Of a stretch of 64,000 bases of DNA, positions 59,475 to 64,000 are shown piece after piece. Numbering within the stretch: the stretch's first letter is position 1; every line of letters begins with the position of its first letter. This DNA is from Eledone cirrhosa (Eukaryota), in NCBI GenBank assembly GCA_964016885.1, contig OZ024761.1:27652001-27716000 (forward strand), read 5' to 3'. The notes under the pieces are model-generated. The model was not told the DNA's origin and did no database searches. It saw only the letters and a list, made by a program, of their open reading frames with translations. The position numbers and the translations under genes are program-made.

Positions 59475-62400
59475 ACCACCACAACCACCGCCACCACCAC
59501 CATCAACACCACCAACACTACCAACATCCACCACCACCACTAACACTACAGCCACCACCACCAGCAACACCACCAACACCACCACTACCACCACCACCAA
59601 TAACACACTCACCACCACCATCAACAACAACAACACCACCAACAACAACAACACCATCAACACCAATACTACCAACATCCACCACTATTACCAGCAACAA
59701 CACCACCGCAACCACCACCACCAACAACAACAACACCACCAACACCACCACCACCAACAACACCCTCACCAACACCACCACCAACAACAACAACACCACC
59801 ACCACCAACACCACCACCACCAACACCAACAACAACCTCACCACCGCCACCACCACCACCACCAACACCACCACCACCACCAACACCACCACCAACAACA
59901 ACAACAACACCACCACCAACACCACGACCACCACCAACACCAAGACCAACAACCACCTCACCACCGCCACCACTACCAACAACACAACTACCAACAACAC
60001 CACCACCACTAACACCACCACCACCACCAACACCAACAACACCAAAACCCACCAGCACCAACAAGAGCAATCTCAGCACCACCACCACAACCACCACCAC
60101 CACCATCACAACCACAACATACACAACCAGAACATACACAACCACCACCATAACATGTACAACAAAAATCACAACATATACACTAACCACAACAACATAT
60201 ACACTAACCACCACAACACACACAACAACCACATACACAACAACCACAACAACATACAGTGCAGCCAGAACAACATACACAGCAACCATCACAACATACA
60301 CAGCAACCACAACAACACACACAGTAACCACAACAACACACACAGCAACCACCGCTACATACACAGCAACTACAACAACACACACAGCAACCACAACATC
60401 ATACACAGCAACCACCACAACATACACAGCAACCACCACAACAACATACACAGCAACCACCACAACATACACAGCAACCCCAACAACATACTCAGCAACA
60501 ACACCAACAAACACAGCAACCACCACAACATACACAACAACCACAACAACATACACAGCAACCACCACAACATCATACACAGCAACCACAACAACATACA
60601 CAGCAACAACAACATACACAGCAACAACAACATACACAGCAACAACAACATACACAGCAACAACAACATACACAGCAACCACAACAACATAAACAACAAC
60701 AACAACATACACAGCAACCACCACAATATACACAGCAACCACAACAACATACACAGCAACAACACCAACACACACAGCAACCCCCACAACATACACAGCA
60801 ACTACAACAACACACACAGCAACCACAACAACATACACAGCAAGCGCCACAACATGCACAGCAACAACCACAACAACATACACAGCAACCACAACAATAT
60901 ACACAGCAACCAAAACAACATATACAGCAACAACACCAACACACACAGCAACCACCACAACATACACAGCAACCACCACAACATACACATCAACCACAAC
61001 AACATACACAGCAACCACAACAAGATACACGACAACAACACCAACACACACAGCAACCACCACAACAATACACAGCAACCACAACAATATACACAGCAAC
61101 CACAACAACATACACAGCAACCTCAACAACATACACAGCAACCACCACAACATACACAGCAACCACCACCACATACACAACAACCACCACAACATACACA
61201 GCAACAACCACAACAAAACATTCAGCAACCACAACAATATACACAGCAACCACAACAACATACACAGCAACCACCACAACATACACAGCAACCACAACAA
61301 CATACACAGCAACCACAACAACATACACAGCAACCACAATAACATACACAGTAATCACAACAACATACACAGCAACCACAACAACATACACAGCAACCAC
61401 CACAACATACACAGCAACGACCACAATATACAGAGCAACCACAACAACATAAACAGCAACCACAACAACATACACAGCAACCACCACAACATACACAGGA
61501 ACCACAACGACAAACGCAGCAACCACAACAACATACACAGCAACTACAAAATATACAGCAACCACCACAACATACATAGCAACCACCACAACATACACAG
61601 CAGCCACAGCAACATACACAGCAACCACCACAACATACACAGCAACCACAACAAAATACACAGCAACCACAACAACATACACAACAAGCACCACAACAAA
61701 CACAGCAACCACCACAACAAACACACTAACCACAACAATATACACAGTAACCACCACAACATACACAGCAACCACAACATACACAACAACCACCACAACA
61801 TACTACAACAACCACAACAACATACACAACAACCACAACAAAACATTCAGCAACCACAACAACAGACACTGCAACAACAACAACACACACAGCAACCACC
61901 ACAATATACACAGCAACCACCACAACATACACAGCAACCACCACAACATAGACAGCAACCACCACAACATACACAGCAACCACAACAACATACACAGCAA
62001 CCACCACAACATACACAGCAACCACAACAACATACACAACAACCACAACAAAAATTTCAGCAACCACAACAACAGACACTGCAACAACAACAACACACAC
62101 AGCAACCACCACAATATACACAGCAACCACCACAACATACACAGCAACCACCACAACATAGACAGCAACCACCACAACATACACAGCAACCACAACAATA
62201 TACACAGTAACCACCACAACATACACAGCAACCACAACATACACAACAACCACCACAACATACTACAACAACCACAACAACATACACAACAACCACAACA
62301 AAACATTCAGCAACCACAACAACAGACACTGCAACAACAACAACACACACAGCAACCACCACAATATACACAGCAACCACCACAACATACACAGCAACCA

Positions 62401-64000
62401 CCACAACATAGACAGCAACCACCACAACATACACAGCAACCACAACAACATACACAGCAACCACCACAACATGCACAGCAACCACCACAACAACCACAGC
62501 AACCACAGCAACCACCACAACATACACAGCAACCCCAACAACATACACAGCAATCACCACAATATAAACAGCAACCCCAACAACATACACAGCAACCACC
62601 ACAATATAAACAGCAACCACCACAACATACACAACAACCACCACATCATACACAACCACCACAACAACATACACAGCAGCCACAACAATATACACAGCAA
62701 CCACCACAACATACACAGTAACTACAACAATATACACAGCAACCACCACAACATACACAGCAACCACCACAACATACACAGAAACCACCACAACATACAC
62801 AGCAACCACCACAACATACACAGCAACCACAACAACACACACAGCAACCACCACAACATACACAGCAACCACAACAACATACACAGCAACCACAAAATAT
62901 ACAGCAACCACCACAACATACACAGCAACCACTACAACATATACAGCAACCACCACAACATACACAGAAACCACCACTACATACACAGTAACCACAACAA
63001 CATACACAGCAACCACAGCAATATACACCGCAACCACAACAACATACACAGCAACCACAACAACAAACACAGCAACAACCACAACATACACAGCAACCAC
63101 CACAACATACACAGCAACCACAGCAATATACACCGCAACCACAGCAACATACACAGCAACCACAACAACAAACACAGCAACAACCACAACATACACAGCA
63201 ACCCCCACAACATACACAGCAACCACTACAACATATACAGCAACCACAGCAACATACACAGCAACCACCACAACATACACAGCAACCACCACAACATACA
63301 CAGAAACCACCACAACATACACAGTAACCACAACAACATACACAGCAACCACAACAACACACACAGCAACCACCACAACATACACAGAAACCACCACAAC
63401 ATACACAGCAACCACTACAACATATACAGCAACCACAGCAACATACACAGCAACCACCACAACATACACAGCAACCACAACAACATACACAGCAACCACA
63501 GCAATATACACCGCAACCACAACAACATACACAGCAACCACAACAACATACACAGCAACAACCACAACATACACAGCAACCACAACAACATACACAGCAG
63601 CCACAGCAACATACACAGCAATCCCAATAATATACACAGCAACCACCACAACATACACAGCAACCCCCACAACACACACAGCAACCACCATAATATACGC
63701 AGCAACCACCACAACATACACAGCAACCACCACAACATACACAGCAACCACAACAACATACACATCAACCACAACAACACACACAGCAACCACCACAACA
63801 TACACAGCGACCACCACAACATACAGAGCAACCACCACAACACACACAGCAACCACCACAACACACACAGAAACCACAACAGCATACACAGCAACCACCA
63901 CAACATACACAGCAACCACAACAACATACACATCAACCACAACAACACACACAGCAACCACCACAACATACACAGCGACCACCACAACATACAGAGCAAC
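59475..64000. repeat. (CAC/CAA)n tract grading into a 21-bp minisatellite (CAGCAACCACAACAACATACA)n
   Basis: More than 150 variant units, including a 460-bp higher-order duplication (about 61800 and 62260). Runs off the end of the window. Confidence 0.95.

Noticed and set aside
59669-63999. Val-, Cys- or Leu/Trp-rich minus-strand proteins
   Set aside because: Translations of the 21-bp minisatellite, with all frames open and no domain context.

Overview
Very AT-rich animal genomic DNA, dominated by microsatellites. The tRNA-SINE family and repeat style suggest a cephalopod (octopus-like) genome, which is an inference. No host protein-coding gene can be called with confidence; almost all long ORFs in the track are artefacts of (TA)n, (CA)n or (CAA/CAC)n repeats. 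Recognisable elements are a decayed Dong/R4-clade LINE inserted twice in a (TAA)n tract, an internally deleted Chapaev3-type (CMC) DNA transposon with CAC..GTG ends and TTA TSD, two clear Penelope-like element (PLE) fragments (RT; RT-thumb plus GIY-YIG), RTE, CRE-like and L1/Tx1-like LINE tails, about 20 SINE copies, and several minisatellites. The most striking signal is a dense set of short islands embedded in (TA)n. Many are fold-back palindromes, and about 13 near-complete type I hammerhead ribozyme motifs (plus several half motifs) with palindromic minimal stem III were found among them. Several motifs have unusually long (50-92 nt) stem II inserts, one family shows covariation and a possible pseudoknot, and three carry a CCG core variant. 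One family is physically attached to the 3' end of a PLE GIY-YIG ORF. All structures were folded by eye and need computational and biochemical confirmation.
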